64,000 nt of DNA. It comes from Raja brachyura (taxonomy: Eukaryota). The notes under the pieces are model-generated. The model was given only the letters and a program-made list of their open reading frames with translations, ran no database searches and had not been told where the DNA came from. The stretch spans positions 20,832,001-20,896,000 of the forward strand of contig OY740796.1 of assembly GCA_963514005.1 (NCBI GenBank), written 5' to 3'. Below, piece by piece: positions 51,801-60,689 of this stretch (position 1 is the first letter of the stretch; each line of letters starts with the position of its first letter). A program made the translations under genes and the position numbers.

Positions 51801-54800
51801 AATTTTCCTTTTAATAAAAATCATCTCAGTTTTAAACCCATCTCTAATGAGCACTCACTAACAATTTGTTAATTTCTCTCCAAAACAATGTTATTGATTA
51901 TAGTCACATCATCTACAGCCTTAACTGGCTGAAGACTTGTGTTTTTAAACTAAACTACACAACCTCATTCGTTCCCCGCTAATACATTTTGTGTTTGTTC
52001 CCAGTGGTAGTCTAGTAAGAACAAAGTTGAGACATCCTGTTGCCAAGGCCAGTGTGAACTAAAGGGACACATGACTGGATAACATACTTGTCCAGTGGAT
52101 CTGTACCTTGTACTATGTTTCCATACTTCATTACAGATGCTTCGAGCATTTGAGACTTTCGAAATCTAGATCAAAAAAATTGTTTGTGATTAAAGGATAG
52201 TTCTAAAAAGTAAATCAGTTAATTTTATAATGTAATCTTACTTCAAAATATCAAGTTTTATCATTGAAGTAATTGAATTCTACTGGTCGTAAAAAAGGAA
52301 ACTATGATTGAACAATGCTAAATCTTCGTCATATGAAGTAAATCAAGATGGGTGAAAATAAGTTTGGCACTGTTGGAAAGGGCCTGTTTAGATTAGAAAT
52401 CCAGCATGGAAACAGGCCACACAAAATGCTGGAGAAACTCAGCGGGTGCAGCAGCATCTATGGAGCGAAGGAGATAGGCAACGTTTCGGGCCGAAACCCT
52501 TCTTCAGACTGATGGGGGGTGGGGGGAAGAAAGGAAAAAGGAGGAGCCCGAGGGCTGAGGTAGAGGTAGGAAGGGGAGGAGACAGCAAGGGTTAACAGAA
52601 CTGAGAACATTCAATGTTCATGCCAAGAGGATGCAGACTCCCCAAGCGGAATATGAGGTGCTGTCACAGTAGCCGTAAAAAAAAAATCCTATACACACCT
52701 GGGCTATAAATAACTATCTAGTCTCCTTCTCAGGCAGGTTGTGTGCCTGGTGTAGGAATTCAGGCAATAAACAATCACGGGGTTGGTCTTGTTTCCACAA
52801 ATAGGACTGAGCCATGAAATGCTATAATGGTGTTGAGAGGTATTGCACTGAAGTATTCAGTAGTTAATGGCTCACACAGTGGTTGGTTGTCTGAGATGCA
52901 TTGTAGGCAAGGTCAAATTTTATTTTATTATGGAAAATATCTGTGTAAACATGAAATGTTTGAATTGATGACAAAATAAAAAGTATGAGGGAAGACAGAC
53001 TAAATTGTGGTAATTATTTGCACGGGTGACTTACTGAAAATACTGAACAGCACTGAGATGAGAGTGTTCACCAGTTGTTCTCACTGGGCCACACACAAGG
53101 TGTCTCTGCGAAGTACAAAACAAATACACAATAAATATTTCAATTAACTAGTTTAATTAGATTATCAAACAACATCTGTACACCAGAGTAAAATACCAGA
53201 GTGCCGCATGATGCAGCTCTGTAAGGCTTGGGTTAGGTCGTATTTGGAGAATTGCATGTAGTACCCATCGCCCCATTACAGAAAAGATGTAGAGGCTTTG
53301 GAAAGTGTGCAAGGTACCAGAATACCATCTGGATTAGGGGCTTTCCACTACAAGGAGAGGTTGGATAAACATGGAATGTTTTCTCTGGAACATCTGATGT
53401 TGAAGGGAGATTTGATAGAAGTATGTAACATTTTAAGAGGCAGGACTAGGGTAGACAGTCAGAAGCTTTTTCTGCCAGGGTGGAAAGGTCTAACACCAGA
53501 GGGCATAGCTATAAGGTGAAAAGGGGAAAAGTTTGATGGAGCTGTGCAGGACAAGTAGTGGCGGAGGACTCAAACGCATTGACAGGGGTACTGGAGGTGG
53601 CAGATACGATAGCGGCATTTAAGAGGCTTTTGGATAGGCACATGAAAGTGCAAGGAATAGAGGGATATAGTTCATGCACAGGCTGATTAGATCAGTTTAA
53701 CATGGCATCACGTTCGGTACATACAGTGTGAGCCGAAGGACCTTGAAACCTGACAGGTAATGAGGCAGAAGCTTGATCTGCCCATCTGAACATCACTTTG
53801 TAATTATATTAGTCCAGGCCAAAGTAATGGCTTGGATCAAATAGTTGAAGCAAGCAAGCAAAATGGTTACTGGTAAACATGTGAAGTACTGCAAATGCTG
53901 AAATGATAGAAAAAAACCAAAAATGGTGGTAACATTCAGCAGGACGGGCATATTTAGTCTAAAGATAGTGCGGAAACAGCCCACTGAGTCCACACCGACT
54001 GTCGATCACCTGTTCACACTAGTTCTGTTATCCCACTTTCTCATCTACTCCCTGCAGACTCAGGATAATTTATGGAGGCCAATTAATCTAATCGATTTCA
54101 AAAGTAGAATTCCCGCACAGGTGGATGAGCTCCTGAGTAAATGCTTGTATTCTTATAGCAACGCTCTTAAATGTGCTACTTTCTCCGGGAACATTTGACT
54201 ATTCACCGTCTCGACTTTGTTCCACCATTCCATTACTAATCACGATATGTCAAAATAACCTGAGTTACTCGATCAGTCTCACTGCTGAGTATCCGCCAGA
54301 GAACATCAATCTTCTGCTGCTGAAACTCCTCCTCACAGCCCACCACATGGATTGCCGTGCATTGGTCTGCTGCATCCACCTGAGACTCAAAACATACTTT
54401 AATTACTTTAAAACAAGTTTATCAATTTTATTTCAGTTTAATCAGAGCAGAATATAACAGCAAAAAACATCCATGGTCCATCCATAACGTTGTTATCAGA
54501 GTAGTACAACTCACCAGTCCCTAATATAGATTAAACACCACAACCTACAAATAGGCTCCGAATTATGTAGACTTGAGGACATTTTTCTATTCATTTCTGC
54601 GTGATATATTTTGTTGTCTATTATGACTTTTATCTATCTGTTGTACGTAAGTAAGAATTTCATTGTTTCTTTTCAGGACATATGACAATAAAACACTCTT
54701 GGCATAGTGCTGTAAACTCATCCCCATCGAGTATTTCCATGAAGTAGTAGAAACAGGAACTGCAGATGCTGGTTTATGCAAAAGAATACAAAGTGCTAGA

Positions 54801-57800
54801 GTAAATCAGCGGGTCAGGCAGCATCTCGGGAGAACATAGACAGGTGTTGTTTTGTGTCAGTATTCTTCGTGAGACTGATTGGGGAAGGGGGAGGGATGAA
54901 AGCTGGAAGAGAAGAGAGGCAGGACAAATTGTGGCAGGTAATCCGTGGGCACAGGCGATTGTGGGGGGTTATATACGCAGTTGGTTGGAACAAAATCCAG
55001 AGATAAAAACATACGGTGCAAGACAGAATTTAGGAGCTGCGAATTGTGAAGTCAGAGGAAAGAATATAGGAGGAGGGGGAGGGAAGAAATAGGTGGGAGT
55101 CCAGGTGGAGCAGTTGGGAGGGGAGGGCGAGGGGCCGGTGGTTAGAGATTACTTAAAATTGGACAATTCAACGTTCATGCCTTTGGGTTGTTAGCTACCA
55201 AAGCAAAATATGAGGTGCTGTTCCTCCAGTTTGAGTGTGGCCTTTGGCAATGGAGGAGGCCCAGGATAGAAAGGTCAGTATGGGAATTGGAAGAGGGGGG
55301 TCAAGGTGGTTAGCAATTAGGAGATCCAGTTGCCCTTGGTGGACCAAGTGCAAGAGTTCAGCAATCAAAAGTAATGGTTAACTTCAACATATCTATTCTG
55401 TTGGTCTAGAGTGCAAAGCATCCTGTCTAACTGAAGTTTTGGCAGATCTATCTTCTTCAACGTCACTTCATACTTGGTCATTGGTGCTCTCTTCGCCAGG
55501 ACACCCTGGTATACTATACCATGTTCAGATCTCAAATGTTTGGGAATCATCATCACCCAGTTTATTACAGGCTGCTAAATTTAATGGAATTAATGGTTTG
55601 GTATGTCTGCTAATGTATTGGGTAAAACAGTGTGAATTTCACGTGGAACTTTGAGCAAAAAACAAAGTGATGGAGGAACTTAGTGGGCCAGGCACATCTG
55701 TGGAAGAAATAGACAGATGATGTTTCAGGTCAGGACCCTTCTTCGGACTTCTCAGAAGTGGATTGCAAAAGGCAACACTAAGCTTAATTTAGTAATGAAT
55801 GGCAGGGACACTCAGACCCCCAAAGAGATATTTGGTGTTGGAGGAAGAAACAATATAGTAGAAACAAAGAACTGCAAATGCTGGTTAATACACAAAAGGC
55901 CACGTTCTCCAGAGATGCTGCATGCCCTTTTGAGTTAGTCCAGCACTTTGTGTTCTTCCTAGAAACAATACAGTGATGCAGCTAGATGCCAAAATTGACC
56001 CACTGATTTCCATCACCCCTTAGATATCTAGGTTTAGATCAAGTCTTTTTATTCTCATATGTCCCAGATAGAACAATGAAATTCTTACTTGCAGCAGCCC
56101 AACAGAATATGTAAACATAGTACACTGTAAACAATATAATAAATGAGAGAGAAAACAAAAGGTTTAGTGTGTGTGTGTGTACATATACACTCACAAATAC
56201 ACACACATATACACGCACACATATGTACAAACCAAAAAACAAAACAATAATAGTGCAATAATAACAATAATAGTCTACGTAGTTCAGAGTTTATTTGAGG
56301 TTGTAGTGTTCAATAGCCGAATGGCTGTAGGCAAGAAGCTGTTCCTGAACCTGGGCATTAATTTTCTCAGGCTCCTGTTACTTCTTCACGATGGCAGGAG
56401 TGAAATGAGTGTGTGTCCAGTGTGGTGTGGGTCTCTGATTATGCTGGCTGTCTTTTTGAGGCAGCGATTCCAGTAAATCCCTTCGATGATGGGGAGGTCC
56501 GAGCCGTTGATGGACTGGGCAGTGTTCACAACTTTTTGCATCAGGTAAAAAGGGGAAACATGTCACTTTGGAGCATGCCTTTTGTCATTTGTAGGAAAGT
56601 AAGCTGAGCTTACACTGACCTGTAAGACTGTGCTTTGAAGTTCTGCTACCTGTCTCAGCGTTTCCTCCTGCACTGTATAAAGCAGAATCAATTATTCTAG
56701 TTTAACATCTAAAAACACCAAGCCGCAGATATCAATCCTCATTCCTAGTAAGAATGGTTTGCTTCAGTTTGCTACTTTTAAATAATATTCAATTCAATAT
56801 GCACCAACCTTGATTATAAATCTAAGGTGGACACAAAATGCTGGACCTGAAATGTCACCCAATCTCGACCCGATACATCACCCATTTCTTCCCTCCAGAG
56901 ATGCTGCCTGTCCCACTGAGTTACTCCAGAATTTTGTGTCTACCTGCGATTTAAACCAGCATCTGCAGTTCGTTCTTAAACATTGATTAGAATTCTATTT
57001 TACAAACAAACTTGATGTGTATTTATTCAGGATGTGTAGGCTTATTGTCTTATTTTCCTCCACTGTTCCGTCCTTTTGAACTTAACATTCAAAGATATTT
57101 TCCCAGTCTTTCCGTGCCATGAAATGAGAAAAAAAAATCTCTATCTCAGATACCGCATGGGTCACAGAACAACTACCAGCATAATAAAAGGAACGTATGC
57201 CTGGCTTGTTAATTTTCAAGGACCTACCCAAAGCCACATTCAAGTTTGTGTCATAACCTTCTAGTTTCTTCTCCTTCAGAAACAATCTTAGATTCACTTT
57301 GTAGTCCACCTGTTTTGGCGTGAGACAAGTCTGATTTGAAAGGGTATCCAACTGCCCACACTCTGTGTAAACTGACTTTGAGAGAATCTTCTTGAAGTCA
57401 GAAACTTTTCTATCGTCTGACACAGTTTCCGGGGAGGATGTCCAGTTGACGCAGAATGATCTCAGGAACTTGCAGACTCCAACATTTTGCTGAAGATTTG
57501 GCACTGGACGTACAACATAGCTGAGGACAAAAACGAAAAAAAAAAAACAGAACATTGTTCGTAAATATACCCTAAATGGCCATTTGTTTACATGGTTGCT
57601 CTTAGTAAGACAATAACCATCAGGTTAAAGGCCTGTAATTTGTGTAAGTAAAACATACCCTTGTTGTCTTAATACTTCAGCAAGATGGTCTGCCAGGAAG
57701 ATAGTTCGTAAATGATTAATAGTCAGTGATTCGGGTCCCCTACTCCCCTGCAAAGGTGCGCAGTTCAGAATCACACATTTCCTCTTTGGCAATACAGACT

Positions 57801-58626
57801 TCAGAGGTCGTGTGTAGAGAGGGAGATTGCTCAGCACCTGCTGAAAAAGGGCAGGATGGTCCAAGTGAATCACCAATCCAGCTCCTGTCTGCATGCAGCT
57901 GCGTATATACAGGCGGTGACCATACTCTGACAGCAGCCTTTCGATTAGATCTCCGGGAACCTAAAACATTAAAAACATTAGAGTTTATAAACATAGAACT
58001 GCAGATGTTGGTTTACACAAAAGGACACATAGTGCTGGAGTAATTCAGTGGATCAGCCCGCATCCCTGGAGAGGCGACGTTTCTGGTCGGAACTCCTTCA
58101 ACAATCAGTCTGAAGAACATTCCCGACACGAAACATCACGAAACGTCTGAAGAAGGGTCTCGACCCGAAACGTCGCCTATCTCCTTCACTCCTTAGATGC
58201 TGCTGCACCCGCTGAGTTTCTCCAGCTTTTTGTGTAACCCACGAAACATCACCTGTCCATGTTCTCCAGAGGTGATTGAATAACCCGGTGAGTTACTCCA
58301 GCACTTTGTGTCTTTTGTTTATCCTGTTGATGCCTCTTATAACGATTGTATACTACTTGTCATGTCACTTTGATGTGATGCTGAACCCGTCCCCGGCCCC
58401 CCGCTGCCTCGCCCACCTGACCCTGCGGGTAGAGTTTGCTCAGAGCCCCTCTGGGTGCGATCCAGTCGCGGGACCTCAGGTTGCGCCCGCTGCTCTCCTT
58501 GAACCAGACACGGCCGTCCCTCCCGCCCAGCGCCGCTTCCAGCGCGGCCGCGCAGCCGGCGAGGGTGAACTCCGGGGCAGCGGCTGCAGCGACAGAGGCG
58601 CCTCCACCGGTGCAGGGCTGCGCCAT
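36749..58626 (-). CDS. DALRD3: DALR anticodon-binding domain-containing protein 3 (METTL2 partner, tRNA-Arg m3C32); 13 coding exons, ~561 aa
   Basis: Exons 58626-58417, 57960-57659, 57520-57228, 56672-56614, 54379-54260, 53105-53035, 52165-52107, 50541-50459, 49444-49318, 41596-41538, 40516-40403, 39043-38975, 36868-36749. All GT-AG, total 1686 nt, in frame. Motifs [76 protein letters not shown] match DALRD3. Alternative in-frame ATG at 58653. Confidence 0.95.
37683..38704. mobile_element. Non-autonomous hAT-like DNA transposon (~1.02 kb), 7-bp TSD CAGCATA
   Basis: Termini TAGGTATGTTACAA / TTGTAACATTGCTA; TSD 37676-37682 and 38705-38711; highly similar inverted copy at 58887-59917. Confidence 0.8.
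38975..39043 (-). CDS. DALRD3: DALRD3 coding exon 12
   Basis: [23 protein letters not shown]. Confidence 0.92.
40403..40516 (-). CDS. DALRD3: DALRD3 coding exon 11
   Basis: [19 protein letters not shown]...NSET. Confidence 0.9.
41538..41596 (-). CDS. DALRD3: DALRD3 coding exon 10
   Basis: [20 protein letters not shown]. Confidence 0.9.
43298..43410. repeat. DIRS internal complementary region (ICR)
   Basis: 43298-43376 is the reverse complement of 43063-43141 (79 bp); 43374-43410 is the reverse complement of 48394-48430 (37 bp). Confidence 0.92.
43556..44545 (-). CDS. DIRS ORF3: tyrosine recombinase (start codon uncertain)
   Basis: Catalytic R (SAQRVQTL), HxxR (HSTR), W (AGW) and Y (FQRFY); N-terminal core-binding segment [14 protein letters not shown]. 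Confidence 0.93.
   Translation of the reverse strand: MQDLNRPLLQYGLSSRTMDTMGASCRESSRRQYLSYIRKWESYCGRMDVAYDSVSITDVLEFLAGLHHDQHLSYSAINSARSALSSYLNIEVGSNKLVSKLMRGIFNSNPPRPRYNVTWDIGKVLTLLRTWSPMTGLELDKLTLKVVMLMALTSAQRVQTLHKAKIDRMISTPERVTFFIDELLKQHRPGFTGLQLEFPAYPADARLCIATHIRHYIKVTRKIRGMEQYLFISHKKPHHRVTVQTISRWLRIVLNKAGIDTDVFKSHSTRAASTSAAKAMEVPMDQILATAGWASEATFQRFYNKPVTVPGMFAGAVLDAGREHTVPPQ
44533..46542 (-). CDS. DIRS ORF2: reverse transcriptase + RNase H + N6-adenine methyltransferase-like domain (669 aa)
   Basis: RT: [34 protein letters not shown]. RNase H: [36 protein letters not shown]-like: DLFASRLN...YAFPPF. Confidence 0.93.
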   Translation of the reverse strand: MEDADSAPTTKPSTSTSHQKSQGPPITMKVRGSGFHALACLTSRIGGRLRGFKEAWETITSDEFILQSIQGYEIEFIHGQLPPPQHMPNRKFALSKKELAEGYAEILSLQDKGVIERTTHEPVEFVSNIFTKTKKDGGCRVIIDLTHLNTFVKYTHFKMDTFETAKSLISEGCFMACIDLKDAYYSVSIRKHHRKFLKFTWMDQLWQYKALPNGLTTAPRLFTKLLKPVLSTLRRQNHTVMAYLDDILIIGHTLESAELAVSATVEIFQQMGFIIHPDKSKFLPAQIMDYLGFTIDSNRMITTIPTNKVGDVFQACKNLVCASIPSIRLTARVIGKIVAVFPAAQYGPLHYQNLQRSKITALKLNAGHYDRPMQLPVEAKLELLWWIGNIHNSFKPIIVPRPMVYLQTDASSHGWGATDNNNSCGGRWDSLEATFLLAQGINYLEMLGAFHGLRAYCSNMTNTHVRLQIDNTTAVAYLNHMGGTRSISCNELANTIWLWCIQRNIWISATYLPGELNTVADTRSRKFNDNIEWMLNPQIFTKITAKFGKPDIDLFASRLNHQVPTYVSWEPDPGAMAMDAFSLDWGKWFFYAFPPFCLISRVLRKIQLDAAKGILIIPDWPTQSWYPVVLGMISQPWVLLEGCPQLVTNPATGEPHPCHSHLNLLACRI
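46464..48230 (-). CDS. DIRS ORF1, gag-like protein (first ATG at MDSKK)
   Basis: Long uninterrupted ORF, first in the element; S/P/R-rich N-terminus; C-terminal P.N...L.VP.VN..IW and LFGEDL motifs typical of DIRS gag. Confidence 0.8.
   Translation of the reverse strand: MDSKKNKGRKTSTRSCRQPNPEPPSMAGGRAGKKARKPGSPVFTGSGLPTQLCPSGVPAEQSVGTAPEQVHPDSISLSPTGSFAETSKRDSRADARPFSLSPLEGGRDTIPLPSPSRVEVSPGATRKWSGESGRPESTGRPRRASVDSPPRGTRRSHKGGASPRSPLPPLGAGRDRTPSGSRFRTVGKPVRTSGHHAAASGADLSPPMPFEAAGSSSAKRRRSSRSARESLSFAEAAGSDTSSQYRYYLDEVRTDDRSLRSSFGHEASYLPHPPDEGRLDRMERILEQVLLNQKQDTHSSRGLMDISPSPSMDNIRPDEEDILVHAPAAPEVPQEDLLDVAAKFGLPVSSGQPLNIKLAATIDYLTNHQLQEEVLAKAMERHKAPGNCNSLHVPIVNMPIWGNISPGIRAQEVKLQRILKLLTSGITAFAKSVDGVDLSTEQEDALALLCNTQYEINAFRKSIIKPSLNPKFAGLCRAPPTPPPRQLFGEDLPKQVKELDDHAKTIGLMRPHFVARPSAKKTPYFRPRGQTDRPTRTYVPAPPQYQQPHQPRPFLGLGPQRPAWKMRIPHQPRNPAPPRPTKNPRDRR
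49318..49444 (-). CDS. DALRD3: DALRD3 coding exon 9
   Basis: [43 protein letters not shown] (start of the DALR domain). Confidence 0.92.
50459..50541 (-). CDS. DALRD3: DALRD3 coding exon 8
   Basis: [27 protein letters not shown]; donor gtaagt. Confidence 0.9.
52107..52165 (-). CDS. DALRD3: DALRD3 coding exon 7
   Basis: [20 protein letters not shown]. Confidence 0.88.
52418..52664 (-). mobile_element. Penelope-like element 3' end (GIY-YIG C-terminus + pLTR with hammerhead core)
   Basis: Minus strand encodes [18 protein letters not shown], followed by CTGAAGA-A-GGGTTTCGGCCC-GAAA-CGTT. Confidence 0.75.
53035..53105 (-). CDS. DALRD3: DALRD3 coding exon 6
   Basis: [24 protein letters not shown]; donor gtaagt. 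Confidence 0.88.
53205..53745 (+). mobile_element. Degenerate CR1 LINE 3' fragment
   Basis: [24 protein letters not shown] motif. Confidence 0.75.
54260..54379 (-). CDS. DALRD3: DALRD3 coding exon 5
   Basis: [31 protein letters not shown]...TQ. Confidence 0.9.
54750..55365 (-). mobile_element. Degenerate Penelope-like element 3' end
   Basis: Minus strand [29 protein letters not shown], then a pLTR-like segment. Confidence 0.7.
56614..56672 (-). CDS. DALRD3: DALRD3 coding exon 4
   Basis: [20 protein letters not shown]; an alternative in-frame donor lies 6 nt earlier. Confidence 0.8.
57228..57520 (-). CDS. DALRD3: DALRD3 coding exon 3
   Basis: YVVRPVP...[12 protein letters not shown]; cctcag| and G|gtaggt. 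Confidence 0.85.
57659..57960 (-). CDS. DALRD3: DALRD3 coding exon 2
   Basis: [10 protein letters not shown]...[18 protein letters not shown]; ttttag| and GG|gtatg. Confidence 0.9.
58145..58178 (+). ncRNA. Minimal type-I hammerhead ribozyme motif (Penelope pLTR)
   Basis: CUGAAGA-A-[GGGUC UC GACCC]-GAAA-CG-UC; palindromic ACGU in place of helix III; helix I is weak. Confidence 0.6.
58417..58626 (-). CDS. DALRD3: DALRD3 coding exon 1 (CpG island)
   Basis: caagATGGCG start (strong Kozak, overlaps a YY1-like motif); [19 protein letters not shown]; donor CAG|gtgggc. Confidence 0.88.
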
Positions 58627-58680
58627 CTTGATGGCGACCCCGCTGCCCATCATTTCCGGGTCAGCATCGGATTTCCGGTT
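58621..58680 (-). promoter_or_regulatory. CpG-island promoter motifs at DALRD3: two ETS-like CCGGAAAT sites and a YY1-like CAAGATGGCG
   Basis: atttccgg at ~58652 and ~58671; cgccatcttg at 58621-58630. Motif matches only. Confidence 0.45.
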
Positions 58681-58886
58681 CTACAGATCACCATGGCAAC
58701 GGCTATGCTGGCCACGAGAAACTGCAGATGCTGGTGCACAATAAAACACACAACGTGCTGGAGTAACTCAGCGGGTCAGGCAGCATCTCTGGCGAACATG
58801 GACAGGTAATGTTTTGGATCAGGACCCTTCTTCAGCCTCAGCTCCATGTGTGAAAAGATGGAAAACCAGTTCTTGTGAGCAAAGAT

Positions 58887-59917
58887 TAGCAATGTTACAA
58901 AATTTTGAGATTAAAAAAATCAAGTCTGCAATTTATCCCATCAGATAAAGCATAAAAAGAAGTTTAATGTGACACCTAATTTACTTTCATATCTTCAGTA
59001 TTAAGAAAGTTATGGCCATTTTCATACTCGGAAATTAGCATCTTGCTCCCCATTGCCTTTCAATTGACTTAACTCAAAAGATGTGATCTGGAAAAGTTAA
59101 AAGCCCATAACTTTCTTAAAAATTAAGAGAACTCAATGAAATTTTCAGTTATTATAGATTAAAGCATTCTGAAACAAATATGAAACAATCTTACTTGGAT
59201 GACCTGAAATTAAAGCATATAATTAGTTAGTTATCTAATTGTAGCTAATTACAAAATTAAATGAGTAGATCTAAACATGTATCCATTTAAGAAAAGATAA
59301 ACTTTTTTTTAATTGCCTAAGTGTCCAAATAACATTCACACAATAATCCACAATATAACATAATTTTAAAATCTCATTTTCATGAATTTCTGGGCCAAAT
59401 GGAAGGAATTTAGTGTTTGATTCCTGTAAATTAATGGCCATTTAAATGAACTAGCGAGTGGGTTTTAGTGGAATGCGGTGGATTAGAACTTTGCGGTTAG
59501 CGGTGAAGTCGGGAGGAAAAATATTGTTTGTTCATACATTTTTTGGGACCCCATTTCGCAACATAAAAATATTATTAAAACCTCCCGAAAAACCAACTTT
59601 TAATATAAAAATAAACTATTTACCTTTTTTTCTCCCCTACGGAAAATCCTTCCGGTTGTCAGTGCTCAAGGCTTTTGAAGGTGATTTTTAAATTACTCTA
59701 GTTAATAAATAATTTAGAGTAATTTAAAAATACCTTCATTAATGAAATGTCGGAGCGATTTTTCTTCCGCAACGAAATCACCCGACATTCATCGATTATC
59801 CAGGTCTGTTGAAAAACGGCACTTTAAGCCCGCCCCCCTCTGAAAGGCACCAAAGTCGTGCACAGGGGGAGCGGCAGAACTGCAGTGCCGCTAAAGGTAA
59901 GTTTTGCAACATACCTA
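58887..59917. mobile_element. Second copy of the same hAT-like element in opposite orientation, 7-bp TSD CAAAGAT
   Basis: Termini TAGCAATGTTACAA / TTGCAACATACCTA; TSD 58880-58886 and 59918-59924. Confidence 0.8.
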
Positions 59918-60689
59918 CAAAGATATATGATAGTGCTTTGCTTGTGAGTGTGGTGGAGGCTGTGCGTTGTGAAATGTCTCCATCCCAAATACTAGGTGGT
60001 AATAGAATACACGTAGGCAAGGAAAACATGCACATCTGCAGAATATCTCTATCTTTTCAGAGAGATATTGCGTGGGAAAAAAAAAAACAAACATAAAACT
60101 GTCACCATGATGCTGGCTTATAAAACAAGACACACAGTGCTGGAGTAACTCAGTGGGTCAGGCAGCATCTCTGGAGAACATGGATAGTTGAAGTTTTAGG
60201 TTGGGACCCTCTTTGGAAAAAACTCTTTGACTATGACTATGACCACCAAGACTATGCAGACCATCAGGCATCCATTTACTCAAATGCTACGTTGTCCTCT
60301 CCATAATGCTATCAATGAAATTGTTGTCCTTTGTGGATGTAAAAGTGGGATTACAGGGTTGATGGGCCTGTTTCCATGGTGTACCTTTAAATCTAAATTC
60401 CCCTCATATTCTATCACTGCCTACCAATTAACCTACCAACATATGTGTTGTAGGAAAGTGGAGCACCCAGAGGAAACCCAACAAGAATGTGCAAACTCCA
60501 CACAGGTGACACCCGAGGTCAGGATTGAACCTGGTTTTCTGGATCTGTGAGGTAATAGCATTAGCATTTGCCAATGGGAAAATAATTACAAACAAGGAAT
60601 TTTTATTTGACCAATGTGTGCCATCTACTGAGTAAAAACAATTATAGATATAAATATAGAATAAACACCATAATGGCCTTGTACTAACT

